Position numbers and translations under genes: made by a program. Below the pieces are notes generated by a model that saw only the letters and a list, made by a program, of their open reading frames with translations, ran no database searches and was not told the origin of the DNA. A stretch of DNA of 60,961 bases, counting the filler, from Globobulimina sp. (Eukaryota): NCBI GenBank assembly GCA_003354225.1. It is 14 parts of 14 records of this genome, joined end to end, with 100 filler letters (N's around TTAATTAATTAA, not from the genome) between each part and the next. Parts side by side here need not be neighbours in the genome. Positions count along the whole stretch, not along the records: positions 1 to 4,269 come from PIVH01001400.1; positions 4,370 to 8,638 come from PIVH01001401.1; positions 8,739 to 13,005 come from PIVH01001402.1; 11 more parts are not named here. One strand, written 5' to 3'. How positions within the stretch are numbered: position 1 is the first letter of the stretch; each line of letters opens with the position of its first letter. Below are positions 1-11,700 of the stretch, one piece after another.

Positions 1-1183
1 TCTGTGGGCTTGATTTCCTCTTTGTTTTTGCATGTCGTGGACTTTTAATTTTTGATCTCTTTCTATTTCCATTATTATTTATTTGTAATTGCTTTTCGAT
101 ATATTGCTGTTTCAGTTGATCTTCCAATATTGCCTGTTCATCCACAGTACCACCTTTTAATTCCAATGCACAAAGTTGACAGCAGCAACAGCATTGAATA
201 CAAAAGAAAATGATACTGACAAAAGTCATAACTATCGCGAATATATCCATTGGAGTCAAAGCGGTCTGAGCTAGAGTCCCCGGCATTTCTTCTGCTGTGC
301 CGGCAATATCACTCACTGTGAAATGCTCCACAGTCACAGCACAAGGCGCTAATTCGTTGTAACAATAAAATATAACGCATACATATTGAGTGGTCTCAGA
401 TGCATCAAAAACCGCAGAGGTAAACAACCTGCGTCCTTCCGACGGTGTGGCGCCAGGGACACCGGCGAACATTCCACCACTGTTAAATGAGACAATTGGT
501 GGATTTACGTCTGACGATGGAGAAAACTTAAATCTCCATTCACCTTTCTTCATCTTTTCAGCCTTCTCTTTCCATTTTGCATAGTCATCAGAACCAATGT
601 CTGGCGGAGGTATTCCAAATCTGCCCACGCCGCAGTCCTCTCGTCCTCGACCAATAAACACATCAAAGGCGCCTCTTGACAATGGTTTGTCGGTCGGGGC
701 GCTGAACTTAAATGAGATTAGTTTGGGAGCGTTATCTTTGTATGAACATGGTTCGAAATAATCCCTGCCAATCATTAATGGAAAAAATCTGTCGTGTTCG
801 TGCTTATATTTCCCTGGATCTTTAACATGACCATATGAGTCGGTGGCAATGGTCGTGAATATATTCTTGACTTTGTCTGAGGCGGTCTCAATGCCTCGCC
901 AGGTCCATTTACCAATTAACCATTTGCTTTCCCTCGCTCCTCCAAAAAAATACGTTTCTCCGTGGATATGGCATACTTCTGCAGGTGATAATTGATTGCT
1001 TGGTACAGTAAGGACAGTAAAAATAACTTAACCTGGATTAAAAGTGGAGAATTCGTCACTCCACATAAAATAATACGTAAACCACGTCCAATATTCATCG
1101 AAGAAAGTTCCTTTGCTCGGTTTGGATGAGACAGGCGATAAAAGCAGTAAATAACAGTAAGTTGTAAGGAGATAAAATAGCAT
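1..1183 (-). CDS. Hypothetical single-pass membrane protein (2 exons, runs off the contig edge)
   Basis: ATG at 1183 begins a signal-peptide-like MLFYLLTTYCYLLLLSPVSS. A phase-1 GT..AG intron at 1032-979 joins it to an ORF that stays open to position 1 (missing from the ORF track). That ORF has a TM segment (IFAIVMTFVSIIFFCI), a Cys cluster (QCCCCQLC) and a basic tail. Confidence 0.7.
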
Positions 1184-1296
1184 GTTTGATGAAGATATTT
1201 TGTGATGTTTTAAATAAAATGTTTTGGCACAAAAACATTGGTTGAGTTCTAAACTTGCATCAGGCACACATACACTTATTGAGTGAGTTGGTGTAG

Positions 1297-3927
1297 TTAT
1301 ATTAAAGAAGCATATATGTTGGATAAAATTACAGAAGCCGCAGACATCCGATGCTCGTCGTTTTGAAAACGTTTTTCTATTTCATTATAAATTTCATGAG
1401 CAATAATTCTGTTATCATCTTTATGATTATCATTAGACATTTTGCATCCATTCAACAATGACATCCACATTGCTTCATTGCTTAATTTATCATATTTCAT
1501 AGTATTTGCTTTTGATTCACAGTATGTTTCATAAGCAATTATCAATTCCTTTCCTTTATTTATGACACCTTTTCGGCAAAAACAATCAATTAAACTCGTA
1601 ATGATATATCTATCATATTTTAAATGTTTATCATCAGAATCAATTTCATTCTCCCAAATATTTATTGCTTCGTCCACATCTCCACAGTAATTACAACCAT
1701 TCATTAAGATAGAAAACGTTTTTTCATCTGGTTTTATCCCAAAGCTATCCTTCATTCTCGTAAATATCTCTTTTGATTTTGATATATTTCCATTCCTACA
1801 ATAACACTGAATGTAAGCATTCCAAATTGCAATTTCATTGCAAAATTTCTCAGGTTCATTTTGTTTTATATCGTCAAAAATATCATCACAAATATTTAAT
1901 TTTGCGCATTTCCCGTAGAAGTTTATCAAATTTATTTGAATATCAACATGTGATAACATCAGCTGATTACCATTTAATTTCAAAGAGTCATGAATTTGTT
2001 CACCAACATACACTGCAGTTGTTTGTGTGCACGCTTTGAGAACGGTTGCGTACGAAATGCAATCTGCTTTTAACTCATATTTGAGTGCAATGTGTCTAAA
2101 TAAGTTAATACATTCACGACCTAAATTAGCATTACAATATGCATTCATCATGGCGTTAATAACCACAATATTTTGTTTTTCCGCATCAATGGCAGAGAAT
2201 ATATTTACTGCCTTATCCATATCACCCAAATTTCCATATAAATCAATCAATGCAGTTTGAATGAACACACTGTTGTTCCGATTCGTTTTCTTTTTAATTT
2301 TTGCATGAATATCTATTCCTTTCTCCAAATTATTTATGTTTGTACATGATTTTAGCCCCAAAACGTGTGATACATCATCAGTTATTGGGTCATATTCATC
2401 ATAAAGTACTAAAGCTTTATCATAACAATGGTTATCTACATATGCTTTGAGCATTGCATTCAGTGTCAATACATTCATATTATTCGTACTTACAAAATTA
2501 AACAGATTCTCAGCATTTGGAACGTCACCAAAATGAGAATAAAAGTCAATCATAACATTCATGCTTTGTACATTATGATCTTTATATATTTGTATACCTT
2601 TATTGAAATATTTTAAACTCTTTAAATTATCACAGATATCATCATAAAAAAGTAGTGCTTTCTCATTAAAACCAGAATTGACAAACAATTTCATCATACC
2701 AATAATGGTAAATATATCTCTATCTTCACACTTGATTTGTTCGTAAACACTGAGCGCATTGTTCAAATCATCAAAATGAGCATAAAACTCTATCAATGTA
2801 TTTGCCAAATGTGTATTCGTCTGTATTTTTGATGTAATCCTGGAATGAATTGCTTTTCCTTTGGTGTAATAATTCGAATCATGGTTAAAACGGCAAGCTT
2901 TAATTGCTAATGTATGGGAAATGTCGTTATGAAATGAATTAAATGTGTCATATAATGACAATGCATCATCATATTTGGCATTATTAATCAACACTGTCAT
3001 CATACAATTAACAGTAATAACATCCTTTGGACCACTCTCAAATATATTTATGGCAGATATAACATCAGCAAAATGACCATAAAAATCAATTAAACAGTTT
3101 TTGAGGTTTACATCAGAAATATTATTGCCAGAAACACTTATTTTTGAATGGATATTTTTTCCTTTGGCAAAATCATTTAGTTTTATACATGTTTGAATAC
3201 CTAATAAATGTACCACATTGTTCTGTAATGCATGATGTTTGTCATACAGTTCCAGTGCTTTCTGGTGCTGGTCGTTGTTAATTAGCGCAGTCATAATAGC
3301 TCCAATGACAACTGTATCTTTTTCATTGTCATTAATGGACTCAAATAAAGCTAATGCTTGGCCAATTTGCTTGAAATATCCATATTTATTGATCAACGCA
3401 GTTTTAATATAAATATCATCATCGATATCATTTATATGATTAATGAGGGAATGAATATTGATTACTTGGTTTGCGTCATCACATTTTGATATTAATTTGG
3501 AAATATTGATTGAATAATCTTTTACATCGCTTTTAGGGATTTTATATTGAGATACTTTGAGATATTCAAGTATCTGCAGGCAATGATGTATGACATCAAA
3601 ACCTTTGTTTGTTATTTGTAAATAACATTTTATTAATAATGGATATGAAATAGGTTTTGTTTTCATAATGTTGCTTTCCTTAATATCCTCCCAAATTATC
3701 GTTGCCTTTTCCGGATGTTTGGTGTTTAAACAAAGCTTTAATAGCAAATTTATAATTGTTGCATTTTGTTTATCTTTTGGATGCAGTTCGTTGTATGTTT
3801 TAAATGCAATAACAATTTTTTGTTCATCATTGTATTGACTCTGTTTATAATACAATAAACCTTTGAATGATTCAACCACATCGTTATGTTTTCTCTGAAT
3901 AAATGACCTTTTGGATATTGCACGCAT
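1297..3927 (-). CDS. PLS-class pentatricopeptide repeat protein ending in an E-domain-like segment, no DYW
   Basis: Repeating S/P/L-like triplets (TALINKYG..ALALFESI / IGAIMTALINN..ALELY / GIQTCIKL...GKNIHSKI). The C-terminus has MWMSLLNGCK and SVILSNIYAS, matching E1/E2 motifs. Confidence 0.85.
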   Translation of the reverse strand: MRAISKRSFIQRKHNDVVESFKGLLYYKQSQYNDEQKIVIAFKTYNELHPKDKQNATIINLLLKLCLNTKHPEKATIIWEDIKESNIMKTKPISYPLLIKCYLQITNKGFDVIHHCLQILEYLKVSQYKIPKSDVKDYSINISKLISKCDDANQVINIHSLINHINDIDDDIYIKTALINKYGYFKQIGQALALFESINDNEKDTVVIGAIMTALINNDQHQKALELYDKHHALQNNVVHLLGIQTCIKLNDFAKGKNIHSKISVSGNNISDVNLKNCLIDFYGHFADVISAINIFESGPKDVITVNCMMTVLINNAKYDDALSLYDTFNSFHNDISHTLAIKACRFNHDSNYYTKGKAIHSRITSKIQTNTHLANTLIEFYAHFDDLNNALSVYEQIKCEDRDIFTIIGMMKLFVNSGFNEKALLFYDDICDNLKSLKYFNKGIQIYKDHNVQSMNVMIDFYSHFGDVPNAENLFNFVSTNNMNVLTLNAMLKAYVDNHCYDKALVLYDEYDPITDDVSHVLGLKSCTNINNLEKGIDIHAKIKKKTNRNNSVFIQTALIDLYGNLGDMDKAVNIFSAIDAEKQNIVVINAMMNAYCNANLGRECINLFRHIALKYELKADCISYATVLKACTQTTAVYVGEQIHDSLKLNGNQLMLSHVDIQINLINFYGKCAKLNICDDIFDDIKQNEPEKFCNEIAIWNAYIQCYCRNGNISKSKEIFTRMKDSFGIKPDEKTFSILMNGCNYCGDVDEAINIWENEIDSDDKHLKYDRYIITSLIDCFCRKGVINKGKELIIAYETYCESKANTMKYDKLSNEAMWMSLLNGCKMSNDNHKDDNRIIAHEIYNEIEKRFQNDEHRMSAASVILSNIYASLI

Positions 3928-3995
3928 AAAATAGAAGTTTTGCCTTGGGCAAAAAAACTGTGTAGCTTTTAATAGTTACTTTAGAATACTAAACC

Positions 3996-4269
3996 ATGTC
4001 CAAACCAGTTCATAAGACTGCACACAAAAACAAGCCATTACCGCGAGCACCAAACAAAGCATTGCCTTCAATCCCACACCAAACTAAACCTCGCTCAAAC
4101 ACACTAGAATCAACTCAAACATATACATTTCTCACCAATCTAAATGGCTCCTATACAACAACAAACGGCACCGGCAACGCCAACACCAACACAGGGACTG
4201 GCTTCACATACACCACCACATACTACACAACCTCCAGCCACGCATGGTCCAAAGGCATACGTGCCCGCC
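3996..4269 (+). CDS. Hypothetical Pro/Thr-rich protein, 5' fragment
   Basis: ATG-initiated ORF open to the contig end, with KPLPRAP and KALPSIP (SH3-ligand-like) motifs. Confidence 0.45.
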
Positions 4270-4369
4270 NNNNNNNNNNNNNNNNNNNNNNNNNNNNNNN
4301 NNNNNNNNNNNNNTTAATTAATTAANNNNNNNNNNNNNNNNNNNNNNNNNNNNNNNNNNNNNNNNNNNN
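4270..4369. other. Artificial contig linker (first of 13)
   Basis: A 100-nt N run with central TTAATTAATTAA (stops in all frames). The same linker starts at 8639, 13006, 17372, 21735, 26097, 30457, 34817, 39175, 43533, 47891, 52248 and 56605. Confidence 0.99.
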
Positions 4370-7300
4370 TTAATATCTGAAAGTAACTAACTTAAAAAAA
4401 ACGTTCACTTTAAGCGTTTTGCATGAGTTTGTCACTTTGTTGTTAGATAGTTACAAACTGAACTGTCGTTGTTGAGTTTGTTTATGTAATAATAATCGAT
4501 GTAAATCAATTTGTTCATTTACCAATACTCCATGTAATATGGGATAAGAATTAATGTTTGTTGATGTTCTCAGCGATGAATTTACGCGATCATCAATAAT
4601 ATTAACTGAATCTTGAATATATGTTAATTGACTATTTAATAGATTTAAAACCATTATTGCGGGTGCATCTTGGTCGGATGTAAATAAACGAATATGTTTT
4701 CGATGTACATTGAAAACAATGCTTGCATCATTTTTATCGCGTATTTTATAATTTAGTCCATTATTAAATACGTCAATAATTTCATATGGGCCAATAAAAT
4801 TTGGCTTCAATTTACGTAAATTACCTGTCAAGCGTGATGAGATGTTATACATTACATCTTGGCCAACTGCATATTCTTCATCAGATGCATTGGCATCATA
4901 AGCTCGTTTACGTAATAAATCATATTTATTCTGTGCGTCGGAAGCACGATTGCGAATAATAGCGATGCGATGTGAGATAAAGTTAATGTATTCACGAGTT
5001 GATTTGGTTGGTAATGGAATATCAGTTAAATCTGTAAATGCTGGATTGGAACCAAATATAATTGAATGTGGTGCATACGACGTCATATTATTCGGTGTCG
5101 TATTGTAAGTATACATAATAATATTTAGGTAATCACTCCAATCATCTTTACCATCAATAAAATTTAGACCGGAATCGTAGGCAATTAAAGCTAATCTTTC
5201 TTTAATCCAACGATGAAGTCTCTCAATCATACCATTACATTCGGGATGGTATGTAGTTGTATATCGTAACTCTATGCCATGGGATAATGTAAAATGTTTA
5301 AAAATTTCGGAGATGAATTGGGTGCCATTGTCACTTAATATACATTGTGGAGGACCAAATAATGAGATCCAATCATCTAATGCATGGATAATAGTAATTG
5401 CACGCATATCTCCAATGGGTATTAACATACAAAATCTGCTAAATCTATCAATAATGGATACGAAATATCGGTAACCGGATGAGGTGGTAGGTAATGGTCC
5501 TACAATGTCAATACTGATCATTTCGAAGGGTTTGAATGTCGAAAATAATTTTGTTTTGCCTTTTGATAATTTATTTGCACTAAATTGTTTGATTTTTTGG
5601 CATGAAAAGCAGGAGACAGAGTAATCTCGGATAGATGGACGCATTTTAGGCCACCAAAATTGTTGAATAATACGTTGGTACATCTTATTGCTGCCATGAT
5701 GGCATTTGTGATGAGCCCAATGCATAATTGATTTTTGTAATGTGGATGGTGCAACAATGATTAATTGTGTATTGTGAAGATATCTTAATAAACCATGTGA
5801 ATCTAATGTGAATTTCCCAGATTCGACAAATCGATGTAGGTATGTTGGTAAATCAATTAATAAATTGATATTTTTTGTTTTTAAATAATGTATAATGGGA
5901 TATAATAATGTATCCTCATTTTGTTTTTCTTTTAACATATTAATATCGAAAAAATCGGGATCATAATAATCACTTATATGAGACTGTGATGGAATTAATA
6001 AATTTTCATTCCATGCATTATAATTCAATTGGTTTGATAAAATGGATTTATTATATTCACGAATTTCATTCATATCATTGTGACGTGTATTTTGTGGTGC
6101 GTCTGTCGTTGGAATATAACGTTTCAACGGTTTTTGTGCGATTTGTTTACGGTAATTAGAGTTTGGTTGATTGCGAATGCGTGATGATCTGCGTGGTATA
6201 TTATTTGTCAATAGATGTGGATACTTAACATATTTATCATGTAAGGTGTGTGGTAAGTTTAATATTTCAGTTTGTAGTACCATCATGTATGTTTTTTGAA
6301 TGTCTTTTGGTTCTTCGTTTTTATGTCGGAGATTGTAATTCTTTGATGTCTCAATATGTAGGCCATCGCGAGATAGATAATCAGGGAATTTATTGTCAAC
6401 ACCTGGTATGAATTTACAATCGAAATCGAAGTCTTGGATTCGAACTGCCCAACGATAGAGTTTACCTGTACGAAAATTTTTGGCATTATTTAATAATGTT
6501 ACTAAATTTTTATGATCGGTATGTATAATGAATTTGTTGTGCATTAATAAATGTCTCCATTTTTCTATCATATAAATTACGGCATATAGTTCTTGTTCTG
6601 ATACGTGCCAATTGCGTTGTGTATTATTAAATGCTTTGGCTGCGAAGTATATAGGTTGAGATGTATCATTCTCGTCGAGTTGTGTTAATACGCCACCAAT
6701 TCCATCGATTGATGCATCGCAAAATAAATGGAATTCTTTGTCTAAGTCTGGGTGTGCTAAGACTACAGAATTTTGTACTGCTTTTTTAGCTTTAATGAAA
6801 CATTGTTCATGGATTGGTAACCATTGCCATGTTTTATTCTTTTCTAATAACTTGTAGAGAGGTGTTAATACTAAATGGATGTTTTCCATGAAGTCACGAA
6901 GATAATTTACCATTCCTAAAAAACGTTGTAGTTGTTTTTTATTCTTTGGTTTTGGTACATTTATAACCTTATCTTTATATCGTTCTGTGGGTCGAATACC
7001 ATTTGCGTTAATAACATAACCTAGATATTCGATCTCTGCTGCACCGAAGATGCATTTGTCAATCCTTAATTTAATGCCATTAGTTGCGAGTTCTTCGAAC
7101 ACAATTTTAAGGTGTTTAATATGTTCAGCAGGTGATTCCGACAAAATGCTAATGTCGTCAATGTATACTGTTACGAAATTGTATTTCTTGAATATGTTAT
7201 TCATAGTTTGTTGGAAGAAGCTGGGTGCGTTGCATACTCCGAATGGTAATACATTCCATTCATATAAGTCACCATTAAAAACGAATGCTGTGCGGTAACG

Positions 7301-8638
7301 ATGTTCTGGTGCAATTTCGATGTGCCAGTAACCGCCTTTCATGTCTAAAGAAGTTATATATTCTTTACCATTGAACTTCTCTGTTAGTTTGTTAATATTA
7401 GGTATTGGGTAACTCATTCTTCGCAATAATTTATTGAGCTTGCGATAATCAAATACAATGCGGAGATCACCTGTTTTCTTTGGAACGCCAAAGATCGGAA
7501 ATGCGAATTTGCTCTGTGATATTCGTATTTTATTTGTATCGACTAGTTGTTTTATTTGTCGTTTTGCTTCGTTGAAGTGATTTTGCTTCATTGGATACTC
7601 GCGGCATACGATAGGATCAGGTTCGATATCATTTTCCCAATCTAAGCGAAATTGTACATTTGGAATGTGACCAGAGTCTGTTTCATTGACTGCTATGGTA
7701 TCTTTGTAATCTGATAGGATTTGATGTATATCGTCTGCTAGTTCAGGGCGTTCGACTTTAATCTTGGATAAGTCCAATTCAAAATCTGTATCAGCGGGTT
7801 CAAGTGATAAGGATGCGGATAATTTGTCTAACTCTTCATCAATGTGGTCAATTTCGATTGGTTTATGTTCATAAATAGCAATTGCTGTGGTCGGTAATGT
7901 TTTTAATATTTCATCCGTTGATCGACCGACAAGCCAATTGTGTGGTAGTTCATTTATAACCCAAAATTTGGTGTGTACTTTGTATCTTTTTCGTTCTTGT
8001 TTTGATTCATGTGGATTAATATCAATGGTAATAGGTAGATAATGATGAGTGGTATAAATACCATTGCCAGTACGAATACGATTGCCATTGGAATTGTATT
8101 TAATATATTTTTTATATTTTGTGGCTATGTCGAGATTAATGGCGTCAATGTCTGAACCATTGTCCACAACTGAATCAATAATATTTTTGAACGGTGAAGA
8201 TATGTTTAAATTGGTACGTTTAATGGGTACATGAATTTTGGTGGAGTTAATATGGACAATCGGATGTAATAATTTACCGATTGATGTAATCTCCTTTGGT
8301 TGTGTTTGTTGTTGGATTAATAAGTTGACTGCTGCTGCAGCTTGATGGCTGAATACTGGATGTGATTGAAAAATGTTGTACATTGTTTCTGATGATTCAG
8401 TATCTGCTTCACAAACATCGTCAGTGTCATAATTTGATGTAACGATTGGTGTGGATTTAATAATATTGCACGTTGGAACAAAATATTTGTTCCAATATTC
8501 GTTAATATTATGCTTATAAGTGTTTAATATAGATCCAGATTTGAAATTCGGTTGTGAATTTCGGTTGTGTGGAACAGGAACACTTTTATTATTTGTATTT
8601 GTGGCTACATATGGTGGTAGTTCATGAAATACATAAGG
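4370..8638 (-). mobile_element. Ty3/Gypsy LTR retrotransposon, internal portion
   Basis: Domain order protease-RT-RNase H-integrase. No LTR or gag falls within the contig. Confidence 0.93.
4451..8638 (-). CDS. pol: Gypsy Pol polyprotein (5' partial, intact ORF)
   Basis: Protease-like VVDNGSD, RT LPFG/YIDD, RNase H CDAS..ELYAV..TDH, integrase HHCC (HHKCHHG..CFSCQ), IDIVGP/SDNG/ERLHR and a GPY motif. The frame stays open from 8383 to the contig edge at 8638. Confidence 0.93.
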   Translation of the reverse strand, partial: PYVFHELPPYVATNTNNKSVPVPHNRNSQPNFKSGSILNTYKHNINEYWNKYFVPTCNIIKSTPIVTSNYDTDDVCEADTESSETMYNIFQSHPVFSHQAAAAVNLLIQQQTQPKEITSIGKLLHPIVHINSTKIHVPIKRTNLNISSPFKNIIDSVVDNGSDIDAINLDIATKYKKYIKYNSNGNRIRTGNGIYTTHHYLPITIDINPHESKQERKRYKVHTKFWVINELPHNWLVGRSTDEILKTLPTTAIAIYEHKPIEIDHIDEELDKLSASLSLEPADTDFELDLSKIKVERPELADDIHQILSDYKDTIAVNETDSGHIPNVQFRLDWENDIEPDPIVCREYPMKQNHFNEAKRQIKQLVDTNKIRISQSKFAFPIFGVPKKTGDLRIVFDYRKLNKLLRRMSYPIPNINKLTEKFNGKEYITSLDMKGGYWHIEIAPEHRYRTAFVFNGDLYEWNVLPFGVCNAPSFFQQTMNNIFKKYNFVTVYIDDISILSESPAEHIKHLKIVFEELATNGIKLRIDKCIFGAAEIEYLGYVINANGIRPTERYKDKVINVPKPKNKKQLQRFLGMVNYLRDFMENIHLVLTPLYKLLEKNKTWQWLPIHEQCFIKAKKAVQNSVVLAHPDLDKEFHLFCDASIDGIGGVLTQLDENDTSQPIYFAAKAFNNTQRNWHVSEQELYAVIYMIEKWRHLLMHNKFIIHTDHKNLVTLLNNAKNFRTGKLYRWAVRIQDFDFDCKFIPGVDNKFPDYLSRDGLHIETSKNYNLRHKNEEPKDIQKTYMMVLQTEILNLPHTLHDKYVKYPHLLTNNIPRRSSRIRNQPNSNYRKQIAQKPLKRYIPTTDAPQNTRHNDMNEIREYNKSILSNQLNYNAWNENLLIPSQSHISDYYDPDFFDINMLKEKQNEDTLLYPIIHYLKTKNINLLIDLPTYLHRFVESGKFTLDSHGLLRYLHNTQLIIVAPSTLQKSIMHWAHHKCHHGSNKMYQRIIQQFWWPKMRPSIRDYSVSCFSCQKIKQFSANKLSKGKTKLFSTFKPFEMISIDIVGPLPTTSSGYRYFVSIIDRFSRFCMLIPIGDMRAITIIHALDDWISLFGPPQCILSDNGTQFISEIFKHFTLSHGIELRYTTTYHPECNGMIERLHRWIKERLALIAYDSGLNFIDGKDDWSDYLNIIMYTYNTTPNNMTSYAPHSIIFGSNPAFTDLTDIPLPTKSTREYINFISHRIAIIRNRASDAQNKYDLLRKRAYDANASDEEYAVGQDVMYNISSRLTGNLRKLKPNFIGPYEIIDVFNNGLNYKIRDKNDASIVFNVHRKHIRLFTSDQDAPAIMVLNLLNSQLTYIQDSVNIIDDRVNSSLRTSTNINSYPILHGVLVNEQIDLHRLLLHKQTQQRQFSL

Positions 8639-8738
8639 NNNNNNNNNNNNNNNNNNNNNNNNNNNNNNNNNNNNNNNNNNNNTTAATTAATTAANNNNNN
8701 NNNNNNNNNNNNNNNNNNNNNNNNNNNNNNNNNNNNNN

Positions 8739-11700
8739 ATATTTCGGTTCCATAGTTGCTTCATTAATACTAGGCAATACACTCACTTTCTCCGCTTGCA
8801 ATTGTGTATGCAAAATATCGTCATCTTCCTCTGCTTCTTCTGCATTATAAATTACCTCTGTGTTATTATCCAAATCCAGAAAGGCATTCTCATTGAAATT
8901 GGATACAAAATCGGATATTATATCCTTCAATGCGACCGCCCGTTTGGTAGTGACGCCGATCACTGTTATTTTTTTTAGATATATTTCCTTTTCATATAAC
9001 TCTTCCTGCGATGTGAAATTGTGATAATATGTGTTATGGAAATGGAAATTGGACGGTTCCAGAACCTGTATTCTGTCATCTTTACCAAAGCCCAAATGAT
9101 TTCCTTTGGCAAAATGTAATTTAAAATCATTTAATTTGATCTCAGTTTCGTTTTTGGCAAACATTTCTGTAAAGTTGTTGACGTTTTTGATGTTTACTGT
9201 AACATTTCCTTGGGTCACTAATGCATCGCAGTTAGCTTTGGTCAAATCGCGCAATAATATCAGTCGCGAGTTGATTAAGTTTACATTGACATTAAATTCA
9301 GAGTCCCATTCTTGACATTCATTCTTACGGTCATCGACGGGCAACTTTTCAATACATTTCGGCTCTGGATATTGATCAAGAAATGAATCATTTGTGGTCG
9401 TAAACCAATCATATAAATGCCGGATGGCAGAGCCGATGCAAAAAGAGCAGGAATCTACAATCGACACTTGAATATCCTGTGTGTTATATTTATGCTTCAG
9501 ATCTTCCTTCGTATTCCATACAAGTTCAAACGAGGGCAACTTGTCCCGTTCTAAAATATCTTTATTTAACTGCTGCACAGACACAATGTCCTGCACACGG
9601 CACAATATCTTATCAAACACATGATTTGCTAAGTTGCGCGAATCGGTGATAACCCCCGACCCAATTTTCACAGAAAACGTATTTTGAGAGGATCGCGTGG
9701 ATAAATTGGCCATCACCACATCAGATAATTGCAATTTCGCCAATTGAATATCAGTATGTCGCCCCTTTGCCAAGTCATGCATTAATGTCAACGAAGCTTT
9801 ATCGATTTGTAATTTAAAGGATGAGGAATCGGGTCGCTCCTCCACTGGCTGTAGGTCGATAGCTTGAATGTGCTTTATATGATCAACAGTGTACGGTATC
9901 GGCGCCAGCATCGGTTCTGCAGTCACATTGCCAGACAATAACTTCAAAATCAATGTAAACTGTTCATGTCGCATAACAGCATTATACTCCGGCACGTGTA
10001 TTGTAAATATATTATCCGGTTCCTGACAATAAAGATTCATTTTGCGTTTGAGCTGTATGGTGGTCTTTATATTGGACGTAATGTCGTTGTTATACGTCGC
10101 TAATTTAAACTGCGACGTTTGTATAGTAATAATATCCAATAAATCATGCGTAGTTTCATCGAGTTGGCATTTGTTTTGAATGCTCACCGAACCTAAGTCA
10201 CAGCTGAAATACTGTGGGGATTCAAAGTGTCGCGGGATGATTAGTACGGGATTCGAGGTACTGATATCCAGTCTAAAATGCGAGGACATCATGTCTTGTA
10301 ATTCAGCCATACTCTCGTGATAACTGTCTGGCTTCTTCTCCTCCAGCGATTGTTGCACAGTTCTGACGTCATCAGGTTCCGGTTGCACTATCACATAAAT
10401 CAAAGAATGCATAATATAATGCACAATCTCACTTAAAAATGGATTGAAATATACCACTTTGATAGAATTCATATGGAATTTTAGCTTTTTATCATACATT
10501 TGACCGTCAGGGAAATCACTTGCGTTCATTTGATACTTATCGTATTTGAAAAATTCAAACCTTCCAATCTGTGGATTGTCCTTTGATTTCAGGGATAATA
10601 TATCAGGGTACAATGTGTTTTCACGTAAATCACAGACGTGTAAGTTACCCAAATCCCCTTCCACATAATAATAATCTCTCGCATATTTCTCAATGTTCAA
10701 CGTCACATTTTCTGCAATTAATCGTACCAAACTACGATAGCATTGTGGTGGTAACAACGGACCAGTTTTAGGTACCTCCTTCTCCGCATTGCTTAGGTTT
10801 GGTTCCATATTGCCACACAACGTAATACCAACAAATCGCAAACCAACTTCAATATGCAACTCCAGCTCACTTTTTACTTTCACTCCATCCGCATTCTCAT
10901 ATAAATATACATTGTTTTCTTGCTTTTCTTCCACAGTAAACTCTTCCGCATTTTTTATATCCTCTACATCCATATCCATGCCATTCAAAACCAATGGTTC
11001 CAAAGTCGCATGTTCTGCTAAATCGGGCGCGATGTCATGTGCATCCTGAACATATCAGACATTATATATACAAACAAAAGGCAAATATAGTTACATACAA
11101 TATGTGAGGCTATCTTTTTTTGCTGAATCTCTTTCAATTTATCCACGAAATTATTCACTGCTAAAATACAATCGGGATTCCATCCGATATGAATACAGTT
11201 AAACGCACAAATAACATTAATTAATTTTGACTTTGTCTTAGTTTTCGCATCGATAGATATCAAATCTTTATTTGCATCGCGTTTAATCTCTGGAATAATA
11301 TCTCCAACTTGCGATGTGATTAAATATTTAAATCTGTCCGAAGTTTGCTGGAATAAATCCTCAACAAACAACGATTGTAAACTCAACGTACCGTGAATAT
11401 CATCTTGCTTTTTATCGAAATTAATGCACAATTCCTTGGTAATAATCTTAATCAAATCATTGGAATAATATCGATCAACATCAGTTTTGTCATAATAATC
11501 GTCGGTAATTTGCAACGTAAACTCTTTCATCTTGAACTTGGTAATAATGTTATTAAACGGTGAGGTTTTATTGATTTTGCGTTCGGTGTCTTGTATTTTC
11601 TGGTTCTCATATTTCTGTCCAATATCACATACATCCTCCAATACAGAATCACGTCGTGTCATTGGTGGAATATCCGCAGGTTTCTGCGATGAGCCATATA

